Origin: Methanomassiliicoccales archaeon UBA280
Lineage (GTDB): Archaea; Thermoplasmatota; Thermoplasmata; SG8-5
NCBI GenBank assembly: GCA_002499085.1
Contig: DAKD01000036.1
Location: 24,213 to 88,212, forward strand
Direction: 5' to 3'
DNA length: 64,000 nt
Both the position numbers and the translations under genes were made by a program. This document shows, in pieces, positions 43,376 through 53,072 of this stretch. The notes beneath the pieces are model-generated. The model was given only the letters and a program-made list of their open reading frames with translations, made no database searches and had not been told where the DNA came from. Numbering within the stretch: the first letter of the stretch is position 1; every line of letters begins with the position of its first letter.

Positions 43376-43435
43376 GCCTCTCGCCGCCTATTGCATTCAT
43401 TAGCCAACAGTGAAGGCGGCGATCCGGTCGAACCC
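43376..43435 (+). repeat. Repeat unit C: hairpin homologous to unit A
   Basis: GGCC-tc-TCGCCGCC [26-nt loop TATTGCATTCATTAGCCAACAGTGAA] GGCGGCGA-tcc-GGTC. The core lies at 43409-43430. Confidence 0.75.
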
Positions 43436-43553
43436 ATTACACCAACTTTGCACATGGCCGTGGTTGTTGGCAGTTAGAATTTTCTAGCCAATTTTATGAT
43501 CCGATTATTACGGAATCTTTGTTGACCGAGTTTTCCAACAGGACCCAATATAT

Positions 43554-44267
43554 TCATTGATCCGCATATGTCAATTTATCGGGAAAAACGTCTTTCCGGG
43601 ACGGAATATGTGCCGGCCGGTCAAAGCCTGCCATTCCTGCAACATCCACCCAACCCTCATATAAGCCATAGATTTTTGCGATTGCATAATTCCCAGTGAT
43701 TACCATGGCAAAGAGGCATAACCAAAGCAGATCCGCGGCCGAGAAAAGAATTCCGAGATTTTGGCTCTCTATCAGGGCGGTGTTCGGGATGATGATTACC
43801 CCCGAACCAAAAAACAACCCCAGCTGAATCGCATGGCCGGCTATCAGGTCGAGCAGCAGATGGCCAAGTAATACGATTGTCGCTCCGAGGAAGAATCTCT
43901 GGTACACTGATGAATCCGGTATTTTGTCGTTTTCGGCAAGATGAGCAAACATGAACAGGGCCAGCGGGAGAACCCCCATGAAAAAGGTGTTGTGAAACAG
44001 CCCGAACCCATTGACCTTGGGGAAGAAATGATCTATGTCCGGAATCATGCCCACAATCCCCAGTAATAAGATGGTTGTATATTTTCGAGATGTGGCAATC
44101 CCCAGGCAAAATGCGATGAAGATCGATATAACAAAATGAACAATGGGCGTCATCGAATAACAAACACATTCCACGACCATAAAGGCATTCGGCCAATTCT
44201 CCCGCCTGATTATCACATTTGAGAAACCAAGATATAATATCAACACTGATAATGGGACAATAAGCAA
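43554..44267 (-). CDS. Membrane-bound metal-dependent hydrolase, YdjM/DUF457-like (paralogue of 22527-23054)
   Basis: Polytopic. Motifs GMIPDIDHFF, FHNTFF, LGHLLLDLIAGH. Confidence 0.65.
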   Translation of the reverse strand: MLIVPLSVLILYLGFSNVIIRRENWPNAFMVVECVCYSMTPIVHFVISIFIAFCLGIATSRKYTTILLLGIVGMIPDIDHFFPKVNGFGLFHNTFFMGVLPLALFMFAHLAENDKIPDSSVYQRFFLGATIVLLGHLLLDLIAGHAIQLGLFFGSGVIIIPNTALIESQNLGILFSAADLLWLCLFAMVITGNYAIAKIYGLYEGWVDVAGMAGFDRPAHIPSRKDVFPDKLTYADQ

Positions 44268-44280
44268 TTAAAGATACTAA

Positions 44281-45021
44281 ATGAATAATCCTTTGATAGA
44301 TATGGTTGAAACATCTGAAATCACAAAACAGTTCACGGAGTTCTTCTACTCACCTGCCAATGTCTCTAAAAGCAAAATTCTTGTAGTCTCCAAATACACG
44401 GAACGGACCAGAGTTAACATTTGCCTGCTGAAATATTTTCTCGACAACCTGAAACAAAAAGGGATATTCATCACTATCGACAGACCTCACCAATATACGG
44501 CAAGCATCCTTGAACTTCATGGTATTTCGCAGAAAAATCTGGTTTACATTGACGCCATCAGCAGGATCTCGGGGGAAAAGGAGTCGAATGTGTCAAATGT
44601 GCGGTTCATAAATGGACCATACGGAATTAATTTCCTGGATGACATATGCTCGTTTTCCTTCACGACAGGAACAATTAATGCCCAGACACTCAATTTAGAG
44701 GATATGGACTTTGTTCTTATAGACGATATTGCGGCCATCACGAAGTACCAGGAGGAAAGTGGGGTCAAGCTTATGATCGATTCATACATATCCAGCATTG
44801 AAGGGATTAAAAATATTATAGCACCCATAGTTCTGGACGCGAATCAGCACAAATTCTTATATAACTTAATTGCAGCCAGGTGTGACCGTATAGTGCTGAT
44901 CAATCTCTCGAAATCATTGTTCAGGGAGATTCCAGTAGGTCGGTCTTCGAATATGGAGAAGTTGTTGATTGCAGGTTCAAACAAATTCCCAGGTAAAACA
45001 ATCGCACCGAGGGGGATTTAA
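44281..45021 (+). CDS. Hypothetical protein; looks like a KaiC/RecA-fold paralogue with a degenerate P-loop
   Basis: KILVVSKYTERTRVNICLLKYFLDNL sits where a Walker A would be, and FVLIDDIAAI is Walker-B-like. Its stop abuts the ATG of the next (intact KaiC-like) gene. Confidence 0.5.
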   Translation: MNNPLIDMVETSEITKQFTEFFYSPANVSKSKILVVSKYTERTRVNICLLKYFLDNLKQKGIFITIDRPHQYTASILELHGISQKNLVYIDAISRISGEKESNVSNVRFINGPYGINFLDDICSFSFTTGTINAQTLNLEDMDFVLIDDIAAITKYQEESGVKLMIDSYISSIEGIKNIIAPIVLDANQHKFLYNLIAARCDRIVLINLSKSLFREIPVGRSSNMEKLLIAGSNKFPGKTIAPRGI

Positions 45022-45705
45022 ATGGAATCGGGCTTTGAGAGGCTTTGCTCCGGCGTGGACGGCGTGGACCCGTTAATTGAGGGGGGTTATCCCTTTCCCT
45101 CCGTGATACTGGTGGCCGGACCCGCCGGGACCGGAAAGACCACTTTCTCCCAGCAGTTCCTTTTTGCAGGTGCGGATAATGACGAAGTGGGATTGTATAT
45201 CACGACGTTGAGCGAGCCTCCGCAGTGGGTGATGCATTATATGTCCCGTATCAAGCGTCTGAACAAAAGTCATATCGGGAAGAATGTGAAATTCTGTGAC
45301 ATCGGGCAGCTTCTCCGCAAGGCAACACCCCAAGAACTCATCGCCTTCATCGATAACGAAATCGCAAAAACTATGGCGCAGAGAGTGGTCATAGACCCCA
45401 TCACCGTCATCAAGGATTTTCTCGGAGTCCAATACAGGCCATTCATCTTCGACCTTGTGAATCATCTCAAGAATTGGCGGGCGGTCACCATCCTGACAGG
45501 CGAGGCTGAGCCGAATGTGATTTACCCTCACGAGGTAGCCTATGCAGCTGATGGCGTCGTGCTGCTCACTTATGAGGAAATCGATGGGACAAGGAAAAAA
45601 TACATGGAAATACTGAAGATGAGAGGGACCGAGCACAGGACCGGTAAATTGACATTCAACATCACTAGAAACGATGGCTTCACTGTGCGGGCCGGTTCAC
45701 CCTGA
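45022..45705 (+). CDS. KaiC/RAD55-like single-domain ATPase
   Basis: SGVDGVDPLIEGGYP, Walker A VAGPAGTGKTT, YITTLSEPP, Walker B VVIDPI, ILKMRGTEHR. Confidence 0.8.
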   Translation: MESGFERLCSGVDGVDPLIEGGYPFPSVILVAGPAGTGKTTFSQQFLFAGADNDEVGLYITTLSEPPQWVMHYMSRIKRLNKSHIGKNVKFCDIGQLLRKATPQELIAFIDNEIAKTMAQRVVIDPITVIKDFLGVQYRPFIFDLVNHLKNWRAVTILTGEAEPNVIYPHEVAYAADGVVLLTYEEIDGTRKKYMEILKMRGTEHRTGKLTFNITRNDGFTVRAGSP

Positions 45706-45968
45706 ATCACATGTACTAGGTATACCTATGGGGAGAATCCAAAGAACAAATGGTCAGTTCTACTGAAATCCTCTTCAACCAGACGGGTAATTATCAATTA
45801 ATAGTTCATCGTCGAGGGTATATCGGATATCTACTCTTGTTAATTGGATATCTGAGAAGTTGGCGTTTCGGGGACATATGTAGAAAATGAAATTCAGAAG
45901 AGATCGGGCGAGATTCCGTGAGAACAGGAAGAACGGCAAATCGTAATTATGAGTTGTCAGGAATTATG

Positions 45969-46241
45969 CTACGCAGGGGCTGCGATTGCCCTCTTTATCA
46001 CCGTGTGATATGAATTTACAGCCTTCTTCGGAATCTTGTCGGCTCTTGGCGTTATCCTAGGCTCTGCCATGAAGAATACTGCACTGCCGACAACCATGGC
46101 AATGCCCACTGCAAAGGCCGCGCCAATGAGAAAATTGATGGGATACATATTGTATGAGCTTGTGCCTATCAGATTTGCAATCACTGCGTATCCGAGCATC
46201 ATGGAACATACCATACCACCAAAGGAGGGGCGCATCATCAT
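45969..46241 (-). CDS. Small hydrophobic hypothetical protein
   Basis: 90-aa ORF with 2-3 predicted TM helices. No other support. Confidence 0.35.
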   Translation of the reverse strand: MMMRPSFGGMVCSMMLGYAVIANLIGTSSYNMYPINFLIGAAFAVGIAMVVGSAVFFMAEPRITPRADKIPKKAVNSYHTVIKRAIAAPA

Positions 46242-46307
46242 ATCACCAATATATCATAGGGCTATCATGGTTAATACCCCTTTTCATCGGATTATCAGTT
46301 GAGAATT

Positions 46308-46790
46308 TCAAGGATGAATCCCAAGCATGCGCGACCTTTTCCCCGAGGGAACCTGGGAGATCAAAAATAGAAGAGCGGTTAATGGCAGCACCAGAATAAG
46401 CTGCATTCTGACCCCTGACGGAGAATCGCCTTCCTCCTGGCGGGTATCGGGGGAATACACTTCTTCGTCGGCGGGGGGGAAATGAACAGCCTCGATCATT
46501 GTCACATTGGTCTCCCTAGACAGAGATTGACAGTAGGTAACATTGTTTACTGCAGTGGCATTGCCTGATTCATTGAAATTCGATCCGCCGGGAACAGAGG
46601 CCAGAAGGTCGTCGAGGGTCAGATTTCCAGTGTTCAGCCCTATAAAAGTGATGCTCGATGAATCACGCGTCACCATGCCTGACTCCGGCGAAGGCAGGCT
46701 GCTTCCGAAGAATGGAAGAATGCCGAGGAGAAGAAATGCTGTGAGAGCTACGTACACCTTCATTTTCATATTGATGAATATGGCCGCCAT
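46308..46790 (-). CDS. Small secreted/anchored hypothetical protein
   Basis: An internal start (MAAIFINMKMKVYVALTAFLLLGILPFFGSS) gives a signal-peptide-like N-terminus. There is also a C-terminal hydrophobic segment (LILVLPLTALLFLI). The exact start is uncertain. Confidence 0.4.
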   Translation of the reverse strand: MAAIFINMKMKVYVALTAFLLLGILPFFGSSLPSPESGMVTRDSSSITFIGLNTGNLTLDDLLASVPGGSNFNESGNATAVNNVTYCQSLSRETNVTMIEAVHFPPADEEVYSPDTRQEEGDSPSGVRMQLILVLPLTALLFLISQVPSGKRSRMLGIHP

Positions 46791-46939
46791 GACATAATAA
46801 ATGGAAGGAGGCAAATATTGGAAATGATAATGATCCTGACTGTCATCGCCCAGGTTGAGGTCGCTGGTCACGCATCGGTCTGGCTGAACTTCAGGCGATT
46901 GGATGTCCGGACACGCGACCATTGATCTCAGAATCCCGG

Positions 46940-47644
46940 TTAGCTCGTCACGAAGACCTTGCCCATCTTCTCGAATCTCGAAGGGAGCAAGGAGAGCATG
47001 AAAACAAATTTGTTGTCCAGCACCCTTACATCCTGGATCCTGACTCCGTCAATCCGCTTGACGTAGCTTGAGAATTTGTTGAACTCATCCACATTGTCGA
47101 ATTCTATCATCACGGCCTCGCTCATTGGACTTTCGGGCGCTCCCTTCATAGGCCCTCCTGGCACCGCCTCCATGGGCATTTCTTCCCTGTAGCTGTTGAT
47201 GAATTCGACGCTCGAAGCTGCATTGCTCAGGCTGGCACGCTTCCGGGGCGGTTCAACATTCTCGAATCCTTCGTCGTTGAGTAACTCCTCGACCTTGGCC
47301 TGAAGGGTGTGCAGAAGGTCCTTTTTCTTGACCAGATAATCCGTTACCCCGAGCCTGAATGCCCTGGCAGCCACGTCCTCGTTTCCTTCGCCGGTTACCA
47401 TTATCAGGGGAGTGTTGAGCCTCAGCCCTTCTGTCTTCTCAAGAAATCGGAGGCCGTCCATGCCGAACGGAAGCTTGTAATCCAGCAAAATAAGGTCGAA
47501 CCTTGTTTCCCTGAGCCTTTTCTCGGCAAGATGCCCGTCCCTAGCCTCTACGATTAGAAGGTCGGGCATTCTCTCTTTCAATGCTATGCTCACCATTTCC
47601 CGGAATGCGGGATTGTCGTCGATTAAAAGTATTTTTTTCTCCAT
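46940..47644 (-). CDS. Response regulator: receiver domain plus uncharacterised ~90-aa C-terminal domain
   Basis: ILLIDDN, phospho-acceptor context LILLDYKLP, MVTGEG, YLVKK. The C-terminal part has no motif I recognise. Confidence 0.8.
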   Translation of the reverse strand: MEKKILLIDDNPAFREMVSIALKERMPDLLIVEARDGHLAEKRLRETRFDLILLDYKLPFGMDGLRFLEKTEGLRLNTPLIMVTGEGNEDVAARAFRLGVTDYLVKKKDLLHTLQAKVEELLNDEGFENVEPPRKRASLSNAASSVEFINSYREEMPMEAVPGGPMKGAPESPMSEAVMIEFDNVDEFNKFSSYVKRIDGVRIQDVRVLDNKFVFMLSLLPSRFEKMGKVFVTS

Positions 47645-48097
47645 TCAATAGCCTCCCGGTAATTTGTTAACTATCAGCCAATACAAGGGTATGCTCTTCA
47701 CGGTCTCAACGAATGACCCGAATGAAACCGGTTTTACGATGTAGCTGTTGGCTCCCATGGAATAGCACTCTTTGATGTCGGAATCCAGCATGGATGAGGT
47801 GAGCATGATCACAGGAATACGCTTCAAATCTGCGTCGCCCTTGATTTCAGCCAAAGTCTGCTTTCCGTCCATTACCGGCATCTTGAGGTCCAAGAGTATC
47901 AGGGTCGGCATCGGCCTGTTTGCCTGGTTCTCCCATTGTCCTCGGCCTTTGAGATAATCGAGGGCCTCGCTCCCGTTCCGCATGGTTATGATGTTGTTCA
48001 CATTGTGCGCCTGCTCCAGTGCGTTGACTGTAAGTTCCGCATGCGCTTCGTTGTCTTCCACTAACATGATTATGCTGTTCTTCAGATTTTCTTTCAT
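47645..48097 (-). CDS. Stand-alone CheY-like response regulator
   Basis: [28 protein letters not shown]. Overlaps the upstream kinase gene by ATGA. Confidence 0.85.
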   Translation of the reverse strand: MKENLKNSIIMLVEDNEAHAELTVNALEQAHNVNNIITMRNGSEALDYLKGRGQWENQANRPMPTLILLDLKMPVMDGKQTLAEIKGDADLKRIPVIMLTSSMLDSDIKECYSMGANSYIVKPVSFGSFVETVKSIPLYWLIVNKLPGGY

Positions 48098-49542
48098 TCA
48101 TTCACCCCCGTTTTCGGTATCGTGAACATGAATTTCGAGCCCTTGCCGAACTCGGATTCCACGCGGATCTCGCCGCCATGGGTCTCAACGATTTTCTTGA
48201 CAATCGAAAGGCCGATTCCGGAGCCTTCCGCGCCCTGTTCGGAGGCGCGCTCGAAGATGTTGAATATCCGGCCCAGGTCTCCAGCGGTTATGCCAATGCC
48301 GTTGTCCTGTATCCAGAATTCGTAGCAAACCCCGGAATCGCCCCAGCCAATGCGTATCTCGGGCGATTTCTGGTCGCCCATGTAATTCACGGCATTGCCA
48401 ATGAGGTTATTCATTACCTGGGACAGCCTCATCCTGTCGCCATAAATCATCGGGAAATCGTCCGGATGGGTAATCTTGACCTTTCTCTCGACAATCTTGC
48501 CTTCCAGGGATTCCAACGCATCATGGAGAATTTCATTGAAATCATGCCATTCGAAGGGCTTCAGCTTCCTGCCCACCCTGGACAGTTCAAGCAGATCGGA
48601 TACAAGTGTGCCCAGTCTTTCGGAGCCCTGGTTGATGCGGTCGATGTAATGCCTGCCTTTATCGTCGAGTTTCTCACTGTAGCCCTGCCCCAACAGGTCC
48701 GAGAAGCCCTGAATGGTCACGAGCGGGGCCTTGAGGTCATGGGACACCGAGTAAGTATATTCCTCCAGTTCCCTGTTCTTCTCGGCAAGCTTGCGCTCCG
48801 TTGTCTTCAGCGTGTTCACGGTTTCATTGAGGTCTTCCATCATGTTCAGTGAGGCGCGCTCGCTTCGTTCAAGGTCGATAACCTTAATTTTGAGTTCGGT
48901 TTCTATTTTATTGCGCTCATTCATCTCATGTTGTAATTTGATGTTGCTTTCCGCAAGAGAATGATTGTTCTGATTTGCCTTGAGGAAGCTGCGTGTTATG
49001 TTATCTGACATCATGTAAGATAGCGCAATTGAAATGGACATGAGTATCCCCACGGAAATCAAATCCAAAAAGGAGGTGAATTGACTCATCCGGTTGCTTA
49101 TTATCCCGGTCAATTCACAGATGACAAATGTATGTATGAAGAGAAATACGAACAAAGAGTAGGCAATCAAGCCACGCCTGTCAAGCAACATACTGGCAAT
49201 CAGGATAGATATCGGAAAGAGAAGGATGACCATATCATGAATTCCATCTGCGAGGTACATTATGAATATCAATGAGGTCAGCATGCACAGCAACAATAAC
49301 CAGCTGGCGAGAAGGATATGCCCAAACCGCAGCAGTATTATGGATGTCAATGCTCCCATCAACATGATACTGAACGTCAAAATCAGGTAATAATCACCAC
49401 TGGCAGTGATTAATATCAACCCTGCAATGGAACCAAAAAAGAGAATGATGGAGGATAAATGGAGCATATTTGCCTTCCTATTCCGCTCTTCGTCAGGGAA
49501 TACAGACATTTTCAGGTCTTTTTCATCAGCAGGCACAACCAT
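48094..49542 (-). CDS. Membrane sensor histidine kinase (polytopic N-terminal domain, coiled coil, HisKA + HATPase_c)
   Basis: About 6 TM helices. H-box [12 protein letters not shown]-box [10 protein letters not shown]1 DNGIGI, G2 GSGIGLSI. Confidence 0.85.
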   Translation of the reverse strand: MVVPADEKDLKMSVFPDEERNRKANMLHLSSIILFFGSIAGLILITASGDYYLILTFSIMLMGALTSIILLRFGHILLASWLLLLCMLTSLIFIMYLADGIHDMVILLFPISILIASMLLDRRGLIAYSLFVFLFIHTFVICELTGIISNRMSQFTSFLDLISVGILMSISIALSYMMSDNITRSFLKANQNNHSLAESNIKLQHEMNERNKIETELKIKVIDLERSERASLNMMEDLNETVNTLKTTERKLAEKNRELEEYTYSVSHDLKAPLVTIQGFSDLLGQGYSEKLDDKGRHYIDRINQGSERLGTLVSDLLELSRVGRKLKPFEWHDFNEILHDALESLEGKIVERKVKITHPDDFPMIYGDRMRLSQVMNNLIGNAVNYMGDQKSPEIRIGWGDSGVCYEFWIQDNGIGITAGDLGRIFNIFERASEQGAEGSGIGLSIVKKIVETHGGEIRVESEFGKGSKFMFTIPKTGVNE

Positions 49543-49623
49543 TCCCTCCTTTTCTTATCTGATAAAATAGGAATATCAGCATTAACGAAAGAGTGCAATT
49601 CACAAGCAATTGGGGGTCCGGGA

Positions 49624-50793
49624 TCATCTGGGAACACCGCCATTCTGCTCGAGGTGTCTTACCCTTTCCTTCAGTTCGACCAACTTCAACTCACGGTCCA
49701 CGGTCGCTTTCTTGTAGCGTTCCAATTCGGCCAGCCTGGATTCCAGGGCGCGGTTCAGTTCGGCCTGCACGGTTTCCGATTTTTCTCTGATGTCAAGCAT
49801 TGCGTTGATGTTTGCCGCCAGAGATGATATCTCGTCATTTCCTCTCACATCCAGTCTTGCGGAACGTTCCGGGTCCGCGCAAATTGAATTCACCTGGGTG
49901 TTCATATCGGTTATCCTCTGGACAATGGAACATTCAAGGATTATCAGTGTGACAGCGCCCATTATGGCCATGACAGCAAGAAGGAACACGAGAAACAGAT
50001 TTAACAATGCCATGCCCTGATTGTAGATGGTGCGTTGCATATACACAGCAAGTACCATGGCTGGCAAGCCATCAATATCATATACAATTGCATATCCGGC
50101 AATGATATCATCATCCGGTGTGTGAATGAGTTCGGTTTCATTCCGGGCATCCATCACGGAAATCGCATATTCCACATCGGCGGGCAGGGAAGTATTCAAA
50201 GAATGAAAACAGGTTTCCACGTGGGCGACTTCAGATATATGAGACTCTATTTCATCATCAAGCAAGCGTCCCATGACCAGGAAACCGTTCAGTGGCAGTG
50301 TCTTTTCGCTGTTCTGTATCGGTCGCGAAGAGACCATCAATGCCCCCCGGGGTGTGGAAACAATTCCCGCAACCCCCCCGTCCCTGTCCGGGATGTCAAA
50401 CAGGATGCTGTGATTCATGACTGAAGCAATGAAACTTTCAGATTCTGGCATAGCCGCATCAAGGTTGGAATCATAGGCCTTGCCGAATGCGAGGCTGCCA
50501 TCGCTACTGATGAAGAGCATCAGGTTCAAACGGATATTGCTGAACGTGCTGTCTCCCAGGTTCGAGTCTATGAACTCGGTATTCCTGTTATCAATGAAAT
50601 AATAGGCATCGTCCCATGCAGACCAGTCCTTTACCATCATATCCATGGCATCGATTTCCAGCCACATGATGTACATTGTTCTGTTCAAAGTTTCAGTTGC
50701 GTAATCGACCTCATGGGCTTCGAAACTGTTCACTATCATCGCCCTTGCCGCCACAGACAGCACCAGGAACATGACCGCAACGGTCACCAGCAT
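49624..50793 (-). CDS. CHASE4-like extracellular sensor + TM + HAMP + coiled coil, with no output domain
   Basis: TM1 (VAVMFLVLSVAARA), a periplasm-like domain with DWSAWDDAYYFI (CHASE4-like), TM2 (LFLVFLLAVMAIMGAVTLIIL), HAMP-like segment. It ends in LERYKKATVDRELKLVELKERV. Confidence 0.75.
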   Translation of the reverse strand: MLVTVAVMFLVLSVAARAMIVNSFEAHEVDYATETLNRTMYIMWLEIDAMDMMVKDWSAWDDAYYFIDNRNTEFIDSNLGDSTFSNIRLNLMLFISSDGSLAFGKAYDSNLDAAMPESESFIASVMNHSILFDIPDRDGGVAGIVSTPRGALMVSSRPIQNSEKTLPLNGFLVMGRLLDDEIESHISEVAHVETCFHSLNTSLPADVEYAISVMDARNETELIHTPDDDIIAGYAIVYDIDGLPAMVLAVYMQRTIYNQGMALLNLFLVFLLAVMAIMGAVTLIILECSIVQRITDMNTQVNSICADPERSARLDVRGNDEISSLAANINAMLDIREKSETVQAELNRALESRLAELERYKKATVDRELKLVELKERVRHLEQNGGVPR

Positions 50794-50809
50794 GGAAAGG
50801 ACTGTCCTT

Positions 50810-52504
50810 CTACGCAGATTCAGGGTTGCAAGCCTCCCTTCTCAATCTGCTCAATTCGTCCTTGAGTTCAATCATGCGCATTTCCCTGTCAACGGTGGCT
50901 TTTTTGTACCGCTCCAGGTCGTTGAGGTTCGCCTTCATTGTGGCCTCCAGCGTCCTGCGCTCGGTGATGTCGCGGAAAACACCGACAAGGCAAGTTTCAC
51001 CTTTTAAGTTGGTTATGTTTCCTTTTACGTCCACATAAAATACACTGCCGTCCTTCCTCTGCATTGGAAGTTCATGAGCCGTTTTAATATCGTTACACAC
51101 AATTTTACTAAATATATCCATGACCATTGGAAGGTCCTTCTGCGGATGGATGTCCATAACTTTCAGTGTTTTCATTTCCTCTGGAGTGTAACCGAGCATT
51201 TCGGACATCGTCAGGTTGTTAAATAGAAACTCGCCGTTAGTGGTGGAAACTAATATCCCATCTGTTGTGTTTTCGAAGATGGAACGGAAACGTTCCTCGC
51301 TTTCACGCAGTGCGGTTTCCACCTGCCTGCGCTCGGTGATGTTACGGCTTATCCCCTGGATGCCAATAGGTGTGCTTTTTTCATCAAGTAATATACTTAC
51401 CGAAACCTCAGCCCATACACTCGAACCATCCTTGCAGGATTGCTTCAATTCGAACATACCGGTCGGTTCGATATCCTGGCTGGGAGTCTGAAGGATGACA
51501 GCCAATTCCTTTTTAACAAATTCAATATCTTCCGGCATGACGGCCTGGTCAAGATTCTGGCTCATCACCTCATCTACCGTGAATCCTCTGAGCCTTTCCA
51601 CCGATGGGCTGACATATTGATATTTCCCATTGAAATCTATGGACCAGATAACATCTGAAGAATTCTCTGACAGCAGTCTGTACTTCCTCTCGCTCTCCAA
51701 CAGAGCATCCTCTGTTCGCTTGCGCTCCGTGATGTCCGTGAGGATGTAAAGGACATTTGTGATATTTCCCTCCTTCCTGATCGGCGAACTTTGCACAGAA
51801 ACAGTTGTTTTAATGCCATCACGCCTGGTAAATGTCATTTCGGTCTTTGGATTGCCGTCTGTCAATCTTTCATTAAAATCTGCCTGATGTTCACCCGCAT
51901 TCAGGCCGAATGCAGCCGTCAGTTCCATGAAATTCTTCCCGACCAGGTCTTCCGGACTGATGCCGAGCATTTTGAGCAATGCTTGATTCGCTTTCCTAAC
52001 GAAACCCTGAGCATCCACAAGGGCAAGCCCCGATGGCGAATCCTCGAAAAGCTGCTTGAATGTTTCTTCGCTCTCGTGGAAGGCGTCCTGCTCGGCCTTG
52101 TGCATGGTAAGATCGATGAAACTGTCCAAGATGTAAGGATGGCCGTCGATTTCTATTCTCTTGACTGTTTTCAGGATAGGTATCTTTTCTCCGCGCCAGG
52201 TTATCAGGATATTTTCGGCACTGTCGACTTCCTGGCCAAGGTCGGTGATTGGGCATTGGCCGTGTTTCGCGGGGCAGATGAACTCGTGGCAGACATTCCC
52301 GACTATCCGGCCTTTGTCGCATCCAATGAGCTCGACGGCCATGGGGTTGGCGTCCGCAATGATGTGGCTCTCCTCATCGATTATCACTATGCCGGTCTGC
52401 AGGCTGTCAAATATCGCACGGAAGGCGTTTTCGTCCAGGGTAAATTTCCCGGGTTCTCTGCGAACGGGACCGCCTGTCTCGCAACATGTGTCCGAAACGG
52501 TCAT
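50810..52504 (-). CDS. Four-PAS-domain cytoplasmic sensor protein, with no output domain
   Basis: Four PAS-like modules, several followed by DITERK/NITERR junctions. It ends in LERYKKATVDREMRMIELKDEL. Confidence 0.8.
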   Translation of the reverse strand: MTVSDTCCETGGPVRREPGKFTLDENAFRAIFDSLQTGIVIIDEESHIIADANPMAVELIGCDKGRIVGNVCHEFICPAKHGQCPITDLGQEVDSAENILITWRGEKIPILKTVKRIEIDGHPYILDSFIDLTMHKAEQDAFHESEETFKQLFEDSPSGLALVDAQGFVRKANQALLKMLGISPEDLVGKNFMELTAAFGLNAGEHQADFNERLTDGNPKTEMTFTRRDGIKTTVSVQSSPIRKEGNITNVLYILTDITERKRTEDALLESERKYRLLSENSSDVIWSIDFNGKYQYVSPSVERLRGFTVDEVMSQNLDQAVMPEDIEFVKKELAVILQTPSQDIEPTGMFELKQSCKDGSSVWAEVSVSILLDEKSTPIGIQGISRNITERRQVETALRESEERFRSIFENTTDGILVSTTNGEFLFNNLTMSEMLGYTPEEMKTLKVMDIHPQKDLPMVMDIFSKIVCNDIKTAHELPMQRKDGSVFYVDVKGNITNLKGETCLVGVFRDITERRTLEATMKANLNDLERYKKATVDREMRMIELKDELSRLRREACNPESA

Positions 52505-52586
52505 CTTTCACCTTCCGGAGAAATCATCCCGGAAGGATATTAAGCATCACAGATGATTATCATTATCGAGAACGAGAATAACAGTT

Positions 52587-52976
52587 TCATGACATGTGCA
52601 TTTTTACCTTTTCGGATTCCAAAAGAACGGACTGGATAGTCTTCGAGAGCCTGTCCAGCCTGAAAGGTTTCAGCACGTATGTGTTCGCTCCCAGATTCTT
52701 TGCTTTCTTGGCTGCGCGGGGGTCCGACGTGACTATGATGATGCACTGTTTCGGGTTGATGCATTTTATCTCCTGCATGGCGCTGATTCCGTCCCTGTGC
52801 GGCATTCTGTAATCCATGAGCATAATATCGGGATGCGATTTCAGGCCCTTGTACAATCGCACAGCTTCCTCCCCATCTTTTGCCTCCGCCACAACATGAT
52901 GGTTCAGCATCACCAGCATTTCCCTGTAAATGCTCAGCATTGCCGGGTCGTCGTCAACAGCGAATACCGTGGCCAT
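52587..52976 (-). CDS. Stand-alone response regulator (paralogue of the receiver of 57469-58263)
   Basis: VFAVDDDP, IMLMDYRMP, IIVTSD, YVLKP. Confidence 0.85.
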   Translation of the reverse strand: MATVFAVDDDPAMLSIYREMLVMLNHHVVAEAKDGEEAVRLYKGLKSHPDIMLMDYRMPHRDGISAMQEIKCINPKQCIIIVTSDPRAAKKAKNLGANTYVLKPFRLDRLSKTIQSVLLESEKVKMHMS

Positions 52977-53072
52977 CAGGCTCCCCCTCCCCCGCAGAGT
53001 CCGGTGCCCTGGGCCGCAATCCCCGTTCCGCGCTTACTGTTCCCGGGAATCATGATTTCACCGGCGCGGGGC

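Noticed and set aside
43061-43435. Repeats A/B/C read as a mini-CRISPR array.
   Set aside because: There are only three copies, with irregular spacing (214 and 94 nt between cores). Flanks are conserved beyond the core, the units form long hairpins with their own upstream arms, and there are no cas genes.
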